This document shows positions 20,801-33,767 of a stretch of 64,000 nucleotides of DNA, in pieces; the first letter of the stretch is position 1, and each line of letters begins with the position of its first letter. The notes under the pieces were generated by a model that was not told the origin of the DNA, did no database searches, and was given only the letters and a program-made list of their open reading frames with translations. This DNA comes from Antedon mediterranea (lineage: Eukaryota; Animalia; Echinodermata), in assembly GCF_964355755.1 (NCBI RefSeq), contig NC_092678.1, positions 12,274,352-12,338,351 on the forward strand, written 5' to 3'. Made by a program: the position numbers and the translations under genes.

Positions 20801-23800
20801 TATTGCGATTCGGTTTAACATTGCTAAAAGATAAACATATGGCGTGCCATAGGTATACGTGAGCTGGAATCAATGTTGTTGAGCTCGTAAAAAAATACAT
20901 AACATAAACAGAAGACTTAGGGCTATGTTAAGACATTTGTGTCATGTATTCGTGATAATAGAAAAGATGAAGATACAGTACGACAAATGTGTACTGTATA
21001 ATTACATTGATTGTAAACGAACAAATAGAAATCAAATGTAATGAAACTAGAAAATAAACTAAATTAAACGATGTATGCACACATCTAGTTCCAGAATTAT
21101 TTAAGCATGTAATAAATTACCATTCCCTACAGTAACATAGTATCTACATAAACTTTCCAGAATAAGAGTATGTTTAGATTTAAGAAACCATGTATAATTA
21201 ATATAAGAACAATTAGGAATATTCCAGAAGTATACTATTAATAAAAAACTGTAATCCAATAGAGTAATAAGTATAAGGAATGATCTGGAAGGTTATGAAC
21301 ATATTGTATATACATGGAAGTATGACATTTGTAAAGAGGGAGAAGAAGGATTTTTGATTAAAGCATTTATTTTGAAGAAGGTTGGATATTAGATTGTAAA
21401 AGTTATTGTGAAGCCGTTGTTTAAAGTATTTACTGGATTGTTGAAAGTTGTAGTTCGTTGATTGAAATTAATTTTGAGTTATTTTACAACTTTAAGGATT
21501 TCGTTTGTATACTTTTATGTCACAAGGGAGTTCCTAAAGTATTTTCAACCGCTCGAAAACATACGTAAAATGAGTTCGTGACAAAGCATAGGAGAAATAT
21601 TACCAATCTTTGGATGAGTTTATAGCCAATAACAAACATTTACGCTTATTCATTTACAACGATTTTGTTTTAGGTTCTGAAATGTAACGCTTACCACCAC
21701 ATCCAATATCTGGTCTGTCCGAATACTCAAATTGAAAAGGATTGGTAGAACCTAGAACTTTTGAGCTAACCGTTGAGTACCACAACAAATCAGCCACCCC
21801 GACAAAACGTCGTGTGCCAGGAGCACTTTTACCATTTTTGTCGATTCCCAGGCGTACACGGAAAGTTGGCTTTGCGGCAATCTGAATGGTTCCAAGCTGT
21901 AAAATAAATAAAGCCTTACTAAATTTTCTATCGCCCAAGTTAGTATTTTCTTCCTTTTGGAAAACTGAAAATGAAAAAAAAAACTCCCACGCCAATCGTG
22001 TTGAAATAAAGTAATTTATGTAGGCCGAAAGAACATCTGTCAAGCCAAGCTTGATTTTTTCCTGGCTGATATTAGACCAACGGTTATTTCTTACTTATTA
22101 TTATCATTCTGAGGAGGATGCTCGAAATATTCACTCTCATCATTCAAAACTTGAAGTAGGTTTCCTTGCATTTTTAACAAGCTTGCTTTGTGGAACCGTA
22201 CATAAATGAATGATATACGGTAACTTTATTGCAGAATAACTTACATTCAATCGAACAGGAGTTGGACCAGGCATACTTGTGTTTACCACTGGCGGCTGCA
22301 ACAACTCTGTGTATTCCGATTCAATGCTAATATACTGGACGTTTTTCGACGTCATTATTGTAAAAGTTACGTCTACCGCTTTTCCTGTTGAGTTCCCCTC
22401 ATGCCATATTGCAATCAATAGTATTACATCTTCACTAGAAACATAGACCAGAATACAATATTAATTTGTAAAATATCTAATGATATGTTAATTATAGAAC
22501 AGGGAGAGTGATTTTAGGAATACAAACATGTAATCTAACCGTCAATTCCTTGTTTCCAAATCATTAGTTACGATTAAAGTCATAACAATTTCACCAACGA
22601 TAAACATTCATGAATGTTTATACTTGTCAATTAAATAATGTACATCAAACAAAAAGAATTTTTAGAGATCATCGCTATTTACATTCGTTTTCTAAATACC
22701 AGCATTATTTTATAACAGACGTTACCGTATCAGCTACAGTATTGATGGAAGATTAGATGATTAGTAAATATTCTGACGATGATTGTGAATTTGATATTAT
22801 TTAGAATCAGTAGGTTGTTTATATTTGTAACCTTGGCTACCAATCCAGTTTCTACATTTTTGGTTTAGTCTATTTTTATTATATTAAAATAAAGAGTTTT
22901 ATCCAAGAAAGACGCATACCGTTTTACTCACCCTTTATAAAATGAATTAGTTTCGTATAAAATCTTAAATGACATCTTCGGTTCTGGGACTTTGTTAATC
23001 AATGTATGGACAGGTACTTCTCCAACCCAGATGTGAGTACCGTCACCAATCTGCATTCCTATTCCTAACCAGTGCTCAGAACCATTGACTACTTCGTCTG
23101 TATCGTCTAGAACAACTTCTACTTCAAACGCTAAGACGTTATTGGAAGCGTCTTGGTCGGTCACCTCGATAAATCCGTCAATCCGCGTCAACGACCAGTC
23201 TTTAAGAATGCCATAGACATCATCCGTGGCAATGTACTGCGTCTGAAGAGCATAATAACAGAACTCTGTCGAGTATGTACAGTATAAAGAGTCACTAACA
23301 AATGAAACCGACACTTTGTTAATACTCCACTGGTTACTTGTCTTGTTTGTTGAAAAGTTGTATGGCAGCGTGACTTCAATTATGAGATCGGTGGTTCCTT
23401 TTGGAAACTCAACAACAAGGTTTATATGGACCGTTTGACCAATGTTAACATAGACGTTACCATCTTCAGACTGCTCGGTAATGTTCATCAAGAAATGTGG
23501 TAGTTTGCTGAAACCGACATTGACTAAGACTAATCCGGGGTCATTAATCTCAGCCTTAATGTTAACTCGTAAAATAACTCCAGGTCTCACATCGGCTAAT
23601 AATAATAATAATGATAATGATAATTGATGAATTTTTTTTTGCTAACGTATTGATCGTAACAATAATTATAATTATACATAATTATGCTTTAAACTAGATT
23701 TGACTTAGTTATCCGCAAAAACAAACGCCAAGTGCACGTACGTACAACAATGTAACTTCTAAGAAAGATAATTGATTCAGCAAGATAATATTAAAATACT

Positions 23801-26800
23801 GTACGGGAAAAATTAGAGTTCAAATAAGCGAGATGTGTTTATCAAATTTAAATTTACTAGTACAAAAGAGAAAAATACCCCCTTTTTCAACATCCGATTG
23901 GTCATTATGTTGACGCCACACCACTCGTGAAGCTTTCATAATAATAAAAAAATAGGTGGTAACCATCCATCGTGAGGCATATTTTTTGTTCATAAATTTG
24001 CATTAAATTAGCTATTTTTAAGCTCACGATTTTTAAAATTTAATGTGCACGTGCGCCGTTATTTTGCAAATAAAATTCATAAAAATGAATGGAATTTATC
24101 ACATAAAGAAAGAACAAAAAATCAATTACAACAATGGTCATTCTACGCCATTTACGTATACAGTGCGTGCGTGTAAGTCACGTTGCGCAAGACTGACGGC
24201 ATTAAAAAAATAGGAGGTACATTACTTTACATACATTTCTATATATCGACAAATTTATGAAATGTTATGCTCACACGTTTTAGAGATACACGAGACACAA
24301 AAATGGAGGCGAAAGAAAAAATAATACAGGAAAAAAAATTATTTCATACATCAATCACAAAAGTTAAAAACAATAATAACGATGATGGTGATTGATGATG
24401 ACACGACGGCGACGATGATAATAATAATACTGATTTAAATACCATTAACAGTTGAATTGATGGTTCCTTCAAATCGAATGTCAGATAAAAAGTAAGAATT
24501 ATTAATAAAAGACAAACTAATATGTTGTGTAGCTCCAAATGCCGGGATGACTTTAACATCACTCTGAAAAGAAAGTATTGTAAATCAGGAATATTTTTTC
24601 TGAGAATCGCAGTACACAATCTACCATGCAAAAGAGAAACTCTTAAATTAATCATTTCTAATTTCAACATAAACATAGGCCTACCCATTTGTGACCAAAA
24701 TGTCATTTAGTGTCACTATTTTTTTTAAAGGCGAAGTTAGGCGGGCGTTTTTAACTGGGTTAATGATATATTTTGACTTTGTGCTTCACATATCAAGGAC
24801 CCTGCCTGAATTCCTCCATTGTAACAGAGGGGTTCTGCGATGTACAGTATCTCTTTCACAATCGTAAAATGGTAAAAATTTGTCAGTACCGGGTGGGGTA
24901 ATAATATTGTCAGATGTGTCAGTATAAGGGGCGCGTCGATATCTTTTGTAATGTTTGGTGGAATGTCAGAGTGTTGTTCAGTTCTTCCTCTGTGGATATA
25001 TTCGTGGTATTATTGAATACGCCCGAAATGATATGTACCGCAGCACTGGCACAATTATGTAGGGTGTTTTCCGAACGTAGTATACGCTGTCTAATGGATG
25101 TCCGTCTTGAAAAATATTCGCACACAATATCGAATTTTCCTATCTCCTTCTACGATAATTGTTTTTAATAACTGAAAACCGGTTGAACAGCTCGAGGACA
25201 GAATCATAATGATGACAGGCCGATTTTCTTGAAAAAATACTATTTTGATTTAATATACGTTTGTATATAAATGTATTAATTTGCGATGAATGGAACATTG
25301 CAATCTCTGTTCCACAAATGTCTATTCCCTCAGGTGTCGTAAAGGCAAGTACACTCATAACAGAAATTCGATCCATTTTTTTTTTTATTCTGTGCTGCAG
25401 AGGTTGTATATAGGTTTTTTTTTTAAACGGATAATGACCTAGCGTTTTCAGTCGCCGTCTATTATGTACAAAAAGTCATTATTGTAGTTAAAACACCCTT
25501 CAACCTCACTGGCATGAGTAGCGTTTTAAAGCCAGTAGCGTATAGGATAGGCCTACTGTACGAAGAATCACATGCCCTAAACGCAGAACAACTTTGGTGG
25601 GTAGGAACCAACTTAGGCATGAATTGTCTCTAAGAAACACATGAAAAACATTATGCCTACTCATTAAATTGAGTTAGATAATTTAATATTGATTGACTTT
25701 ATGATTTCTCCCGAAGAGAGGTGGTTTTCACAAATTAAGTTTTACATTATATAAACATATACAAATACAATTTTTACTGACAGTTGCTTTTTAACGATTG
25801 TATTAATTAATACTGTAATTAAAATAATATATAAAGGTTGTAGTGAAGTATCGTTACATTGGCAGTAATATTTCAATCGACTATGACAGTGACAGTTTCA
25901 ACAAAGTATTAAATCGCAATGTTTTAATGTGTTTAGTGGTATTTTTTTGTAAAACATGAAAACAATTAATATTTTGTTAGTACATGGATAAAGAATATAT
26001 TTAAAAACTGTTCCTCATTGCACCCCTCCTCTTCCCCATCCCTCAATCCTAATGTTACATACAAAACACAAATTAAGTTTGTTTAAATCTGTCCCATAGC
26101 ATTTTTGGCTATGATCAATGACGCTCTAGTTAACATCAATAATAACAAAATGAAAGTCTGGAAATATGTAGACGACCTCACACTTGGTGAAAATAGGACT
26201 AATGGTGGTACATCGATTCAAACTAGTTTAGACACTCTGTTTGAATGGAGCATTATTAATAAACTAAAACTAAATCCAAATAAATGCCTTGCAATGCATA
26301 TCAATTTTAGTAAACATATATCCCCCTATCCTGATTTGCATATATCTAATCATTCTTTGGCTGTAGTTCAGGAAGTTAAATTGTTAGGTGTAATCATTCA
26401 AAACAATTTAAAGTGGCAAAGCCATGTAGATAACATTTGTATTAAAGCTAACAAGAAAATGTTTATGATACGTAATAGTAGGCATGTTAAGGAGCATATT
26501 TTAGGCAAATCCTTCAAATTGTGATAACATTTCGAAACTTTGCACAGTTATTTATTAGGGTGTCAAAAATATGAAATGGAAGGGTTGCACAAAATTTGGT
26601 CAGGGGAAAGCCGCCATTTTGGATTTCAAAATGGCGGATCTCACATTTTCACTTGTCAGGTATATCTCTGCTAAAGAGGCACCTAGAGTTCTGATTTTAC
26701 ATGCAAAATATATGGTAGTGGGGTCACCAAACATATTGGTATAATTAACATTTGATTGCATGGCGGCCATGTTGGATTTCAAAATGGCGGACTTCAAATG

Positions 26801-29800
26801 TTCACTTTTCAGGTATATCTCTGCTAAAAAGGCACCTAGAATTCTGATTTTAGGTGCAAATTATAATTATGGTAATGGGGTCACCAAACATATTCGTATA
26901 ACTAACATTTTGATTGCATGGCGGCCATGTTGGATTTCAAAATGGCGGACCCCAATAACTTTCCAGGTATATCTCTGCTAAAAAGGTACACAGTGCTCTG
27001 ATTTTAGGTGCAAATTATATGGTAATGGGTCACCAAATATATTGCTATTTAACTAACATTTTGATTACATGGCGGCCATTTTGAATTTCAAAATGGCAAG
27101 CTCAAAATGTTTCAGTACGGTACCTACAGTTATAATTTTAGGTACAAAGTATAATATGGTATTGAGGTCAACAAACATATTGGTATAACGTCTTTGATTG
27201 CATGGCGGCCATTTTGAATGTAGCTCAAACCTGGTAACCACACAGCTCTGTACATCACAAATCACTCTTTCTGCATTTACAGTGTCCAAGTCCAAGATCA
27301 CAGTCGGTGTGTCACAGCGATTTGTGACATCTGAAAGTTCCGGCAATGAACTCCAAACTGGACTAAATTTGTTGCCGTCCTTCCTCCATCCCCAGTTTGC
27401 TGGGTCCTGTTCAACCCTGAATGCATCTAGACAGTTGTACCACTTTCTGGCTTGTAGAAAAGACCGTTTCACATGTTCTCTTAATGCCGCAGATGTTGGG
27501 GGGATATTTTCAATAGTCTGTAGTAAAAAGATATCGTCTTGCATCATTTACGTTCTTTCTACATAGTTACAACAAACTGTTCTAGATAATCTGTGTCACT
27601 AACATCCCCTACAGACGATGACATCGTCTCAAATTCCTTTCCTTGAACAGATGAAGTTGTATCAGAACTGCTAAAGGAATGAAAGAACAAGTAAGCGGCT
27701 GATGCTTGTAATCCAAGAGAAGTAATCTTGTGTATTGAGATATACTTCAAGTGCTTCCCCACTCCAAACTCGATCCAAAGCTTGTGGATGCCAGGTATTC
27801 TGTGGACAGTTGGCAATGAAATAACAACAACATCACTGTCTACAGTCTTGACAAGAATGCGCGGACAAATTTTAGCGGCATGTTTAACATGAACAAACAT
27901 ACGTTCATCTGCCTCTTCTATGTTACATGGCATCAGCGGTTTTATATTTACAGACTGGTTTGTTACAGCTCTGTCTCTCAGAGACCCTACAAACATTCCG
28001 TGATTTGTGTCAATGTTCTCTACTACTTCAGTTACAATTAATGAAACAACTCTGATTTGTTGTCATCATATCTCGAATATGTGGTCCAATTGTTGGGCAT
28101 GCTCCCACTGGCTTTGACGCCCCTCCTTACACCAGAGCCGCGGTTTGAACGCGTACTAGCGCGTACTAGACTTTAAACCAGTATCTATCGAAAACCAAAT
28201 CTGGTCACGTCACTGATCGAAGTTGATGGTCTATATATGGTTGTACGACAAAATGAAGCACCATTAGTTGCTGCCAAGGTGTTAGATGGACCAGCAATAA
28301 TCAATATGCTCAGGCCCAATGATTCGAAGACATTCATTGAGTATATATCAAGGTCATACAACCATCAACTTCGATCAGTGACACGACTAGATTTGTTTTT
28401 AGATAGATACTTTAACGACAGTTTAAAGTCTGGTACGCGTTCAAACCGCGTCTCTGGTGTAAGGAGGGTCGTTAAAGCCAGCGGGAGCTTGCCCAACAAT
28501 TGGACCACATTTTTTAGATTTGATGACAACAAATCAGAGTTGTTTTCATTTATTGTAACTGAAGTAGTAGAGAACATTGGCACAAATCACGGAATGTTTG
28601 TAGGGTCTTTGGGAGACAGAGCTGTAACAAATCAGTAAATATACAATCGCTGATGCCATGTAACATAGAAGAGGCAGATGAACGTATGTTTGTTCACGTT
28701 AAACTTGCCGCTGAAATTTTCAACGCATTGTCAACACTGTACACAGTGATGTTGTTTACAGCTTTCCACAAAATACCTGGCATCCATGAGCTTCGGATCG
28801 AGTTTGGAGTGGGGAAGCACTTGAAGTACATCCCAATACACGAGATTGCTTCTTCTCTTGGATCACAAGCATCAGCCGCTTACTTGTTCTTTCATACCAT
28901 TAGCGGTTGTGATAGAACTTCATCTGTTTAAGGAAAAGGTAAAGCTACATTTAACGAGACTTTGAAAAAGATGCCATGTATGACTCCAGTTTTTGAGAGG
29001 ATGTCATTGTCTGTAGGGCATGTTAGTGAAACAGACACAGATTATCTAGAACAGTTTGTTGTAACTATGTCTACTGCAGAACATTTAATGATGCAAGACG
29101 ATATCTTTTTACAACAAGAGAAAGACTATTGAAAATATCCCCCAACATCTGCGGCATTAAGAGAACATGTGAAACGGAAGCCAGGAAGTGGTACGACTGT
29201 CTAGATGCATTCAGGGTTGAACAGGACCCAGCGAACTGAGGATAGAGGATGGACGGCAACAAATTTAGTCCAGCTTGGAGTTCATTGCCGGAACTTTCAG
29301 ATGTTACAAAGGTTTTAATTCGCTGTAGACACACCGACTGTGATCTTGGATGCTGTAAATGCAGAAAGAGTGATTTACGATGTACAGAGCTGCTAAAGGA
29401 ATGAAAGAACAAGTAAGCGGCTGATGCTTGTGATCCAAGAGAAGTAATCTTGTGTATTGAGATATACTTCAAGTGCTTCTCCACTCCAAACTCGATCCAA
29501 AGCTTGTGAATGCCAGGTATTCTGTGGAAAGTTGACAATGAAATAACAACAACATCACTGTCTACAGTCTTGACAAGAATGCGCGGGCAAATTTTAGTGG
29601 CATGTTTAACATGAACAAACATACGTTCATCTGCCTCTTCTATGTTACATGGCATCAGCGGTTTTATATTTACTGTAGGGCATGTTAGTGAAACAGACAC
29701 AGATTATCTAGAACAGTTTGTTGTAACTATGTCTACTGCAGAACATTTGATGATGCAAGACGATATCTTTTTACAACAAGAGAAAGACTATTGAAAATAT

Positions 29801-32800
29801 CCCCCAACATCTGCGGCATTAAGAGAACATGTGAAACGGAAGCCAGGAAGTGGTACGACTGTCTAGATGCATTCAGGGTTGAACAGGACCCAGCGAACTG
29901 AGGATAGAGGAAGGACGGCAACAAATTTAGTCCAGCTTGGAGTTCATTGCCGGAACTTTCAGATGTCACAAAGGTTTTAATTCGCTGTAGACACACCGAC
30001 TGTGATCTTGGATGCTGTAAATGCAGAAAGAGTGATTTACGATGTACAGAGCTGTGTGGTTGCCAGGGAAAATGTGATCTACAATAAGTGTCCGTGTTAA
30101 ATGCATGTAATTATGAACATAAACAAATAGTGTAAAGCCAGTACGGGTTGAGCTACATTCAAAATGGCCGCCATGCAATCAAAGACGTTATACCAATATG
30201 TTTGTTGACCTCAATACTATATTATACTTTGTACCTAAAATTATAACTATAGGTACCGTACTGAAACATTTTGAGTTCGCCATTTTGAAATTCAAAATGG
30301 CCGCCATGCAATAAAAATGTCAGTTAAATACCAATATGTTTGGTTACCCATTACCATATAATTGGCACCTAAAATCAGAACTCTGTGTACCTTTTTAGCA
30401 GAGATACCTGAAAAGTGAAAATTTGAAGTCCGCCATTTTGAAATCCAAAATGGCCGCCATGCAATCAAAATGTTAGTTATACCAATATGTTTGGTGACCC
30501 CATTAACATATAATTTGCACCTAAAATCAGAACTCTAGGTGCCTTTTTAGCAGAGATATGCCTGAAAAATGAAAATTTGAAATCCGCCATTTTGAAATCC
30601 AACATGGCCGCCATGGAATCAAAATGTTAGTTATACCAGTATGTTTGGTGACCCCACTACCATATAATTTGCACCTAAAATCAGAACTCTAATTGCCTCT
30701 TTAGCAGAGATATACCTAAAAAGTGAAAATTTGAAGTCCGCCATTTTGAAATCCAAAATGGCCGCCATGCAATTAAAATGTTAGTTATACCAATATGTTT
30801 GGTGACCCCATTACCATATAATTTGCACCTAAATTTAGAACTCTAGGTGCCTATTTAGCAGAGATATACCTGAAAAGTGAACAATTTGGGTCCGCCATTT
30901 TGAAATCCAAAATGGCGGCTTTCCCCTGACCAAATTTTGTGCAACCCTTCCATTTCATATTTTTGACACCCTAATGAATAACTGTGCAAAGTTTCAGAAT
31001 GTTATCACAATTTGAAGGATTGGGTCCCTTAACAGGCCTACTATAAGTTGAGAGAAGCAGGTCTTAATAGTAATGAACTTATTTCTGTTTTTAAAGGTTA
31101 TCTGAGACCGGTGCTTGAGTATGCAGCCCCTTTGTGGCATGCAGGTCTTACGCAGGGACAGGTGAATCAGGTGGAAAAGATTCAGAAGCGTGTCTGCAAG
31201 ATTGTGTTGGGCAATGAGTATACAACATACTCGGATTCTCTTGCCATTTTAAATCTTCAACCACTCCACACAAGAAGATGGCACTCTTGCAAGGTTTTTG
31301 CCTCTAAAGCACACGCCTCTGGTCAATTCTCCACCTGGTTTCCTGCCCCTCAGTATAGATCCTGCATGACCCTTAGACATAATCGTAAAGTGGAAAACTA
31401 TAGTTATAAAACAAAACGTTTCCAAACTAGTCCTGTCCCTTTTATGGTTGAACTTTTGAACAAACTGTAATTTTTTTTTTCTTGTATTATTTGAGGTAAC
31501 TGCAGTCTAATTTATTCGTTTTTATATATGTATGTATTGTTGATAGTGATTATAGTTTAAATAGTTTTTATAATGTAATACATATGCAATTCAGCCATGT
31601 GCTGCCATGTATGTAATTTGTATGTGAATTTTGAATAAATATACCGATATCTCTCTCTCTCTCTCTCTCTCAAACAATTGGTCTCATTTTGTAGCAAGTT
31701 TCTCTTTCGGAAGTAATTCCCAGGGTACTAATTTAAGTTTTTTACATAAATCACCATGTCTATTTATTCGTTCCTGTAAACGACATGTATTATTGTCCTG
31801 CGGTACGTACATTTGAAATCGCCAGTTTTTTAACGCTGAAATTACTATTTTATTCGAGAACCATCTATGGGCACGACCTAGGTGGTACGTGGGCGAAGCG
31901 AGCGTACCATCTAGTGTAATTAATATGTCTACGCAATTATCAGTTTTATTGATCGATTTTAGCAAATATCCTATCTTGTAACACTTCTCAAAATACCACA
32001 AGTTCGATAAAAAAAAAACACAACGCCCGTCATGCTTCACATTTTCCCCAAAACCAAGTGACACGTAATGTTATTGTGGTTACAAATGTGTATTCTTTGA
32101 TTTTAAATATAAATTTTTTATTTACGGAGCTACTCTTAAACACGTTGATAGAAAAAATAAACAGTTACAGCTATCTAGTTTCCGTATTTGATCCGGTTTA
32201 GCTTAACCTACAACCACCGTCTTAAATTCATCTAATTCATCAACATATCGATAACGAATATTAAAAACACCTCAGACAAAGAAGATCTTACAGTTGTGGT
32301 TGAGTCCGTTTTCCCGTTTCCTACCAGTGTCCATTTAAAAAGACAATTTGAAATGTCAAACTGAAAAAAAGTGTACTGTAATTATATCAGAATCGACGGA
32401 ATAAAATAGGCGATAGTCTCGTGAGGCGATTAGGATTCAGACTGAAAAATCTCTATATGGCTAAAAATATCATTATATTGATTTACTAAGACCATCTCTT
32501 AGTGGGCTTGTCAAATCTACATGTACGTAAAGCTGTATTATTATGTATATTCATCGTTCACTGTCGTTAGCGCACAGGGAATAACATATATAAATAAAGC
32601 ACAGATAATAGTATAAACACAAGAATTTGTATGACACAAAACCAACATTCATTTTCCTTGTTTTTTACCTCCATATTTTCAGCTGTAATGGTGACTGTAA
32701 AGCCAGTTCCGGATGTCATGCCAGTCGTGTTGACAAAGAAGTCTATCTTCAATTCATCTCCTGCTCCATAGTAGTCTATCGCATGCGCATCATTCAGGGT

Positions 32801-32933
32801 AGCGTTCACGTTCATTACGGTGTTGGTAACTAAAATGTTAAACATTTTTTTCATCGCCAGCGTCGGCACGTCGTCATCGTCATCATCATCATTATCACCA
32901 TCACCATCATTATCACCATCCTAATCACCATCC

Positions 32934-32965
<32 letters not shown>

Positions 32966-33722
32966 ATTGTTGTTGTTATTGTTGTTGCTATTGTTATTTT
33001 TATTATTATTATTATGCACTTTACAAAGCACTAATACTACCTGTTGTGACTTACTGTTGTTGTATGTGGGCACCTACTGAAATATCTCATATGTATAGAC
33101 TTGAAAGGGTTCAGAGAAAGGCCACTAGAATAATTATGTACAGAAAAGAAGGAAATTGGGACACTTCATATTTATATAGGTTAAAGACCCTAAATATTTT
33201 AAGTATTGAAGATATATTTAAAGTGTATAGACTCACATTAGGTTTTAAAATAACGCATGGCCTCTGTCCATCATCCTTTAATGAGTTTGTGAGATCAAGT
33301 GAGAGGGGTGAAGGGCGGTTAATACATTGGAAGGCAAAGACCAATACATTTTTAAATTCATCGTTTGTTATTTTCCCTAGATTATGGGAGCAACTTCCCA
33401 ATGAAATTAAACAATGTGCTACAATTTCAGACTTTAAAGCCCAACTCATCAAATATTTGATCTCAAAATATTAAGTTGTAATTGTTTATATTGTTTATTC
33501 AATGCAGCTTATTTTTAATTGGTGTATCTCATTATAACTTTGTTTTGTTTTGTTTTATTTTGACTTAATTTGTGTTACTTAGTTTTGTTATTTTTGTATT
33601 TTATAAGGAATGATGGAGTAAGAGCAGTTTTCTGTTTGGGCTCATGCCTATTACTTGCTTCTGGCAAATTGAATTGTAAAATGTACTTTATGAAATTTTG
33701 CCGAATAAATATTATTATTAAA

Positions 33723-33767
<45 letters not shown>

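Larger units (their letters stand above)
25060..31914 (+). mobile_element. Helitron copy split by a LINE (parts ~25060-26100 and 31672-31914)
   Basis: Collinear similarity to 4331-5508 on both sides of the LINE; terminal hairpin GGCGAAGCGAGCGTACCATCTAG|T at 31914. Confidence 0.75.

Noticed and set aside
22105-22135. Third hammerhead (CTGAGGA...CGAAATATT)
   Set aside because: Stem II is nearly absent and stem I does not pair; at best a decayed remnant.
26607-27230. Periodic GCCGCCATTTTGGATTTCAAAATGGCGG palindromes as an array or regulatory cluster
   Set aside because: They are subterminal tandem repeats of the DNA transposon, mirrored at 30150-30930.
27559-29700. Host XPG/FEN1 nuclease gene
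   Set aside because: Intronless, fragmented, triplicated, and enclosed by TIRs and a TSD; it is transposon-encoded.
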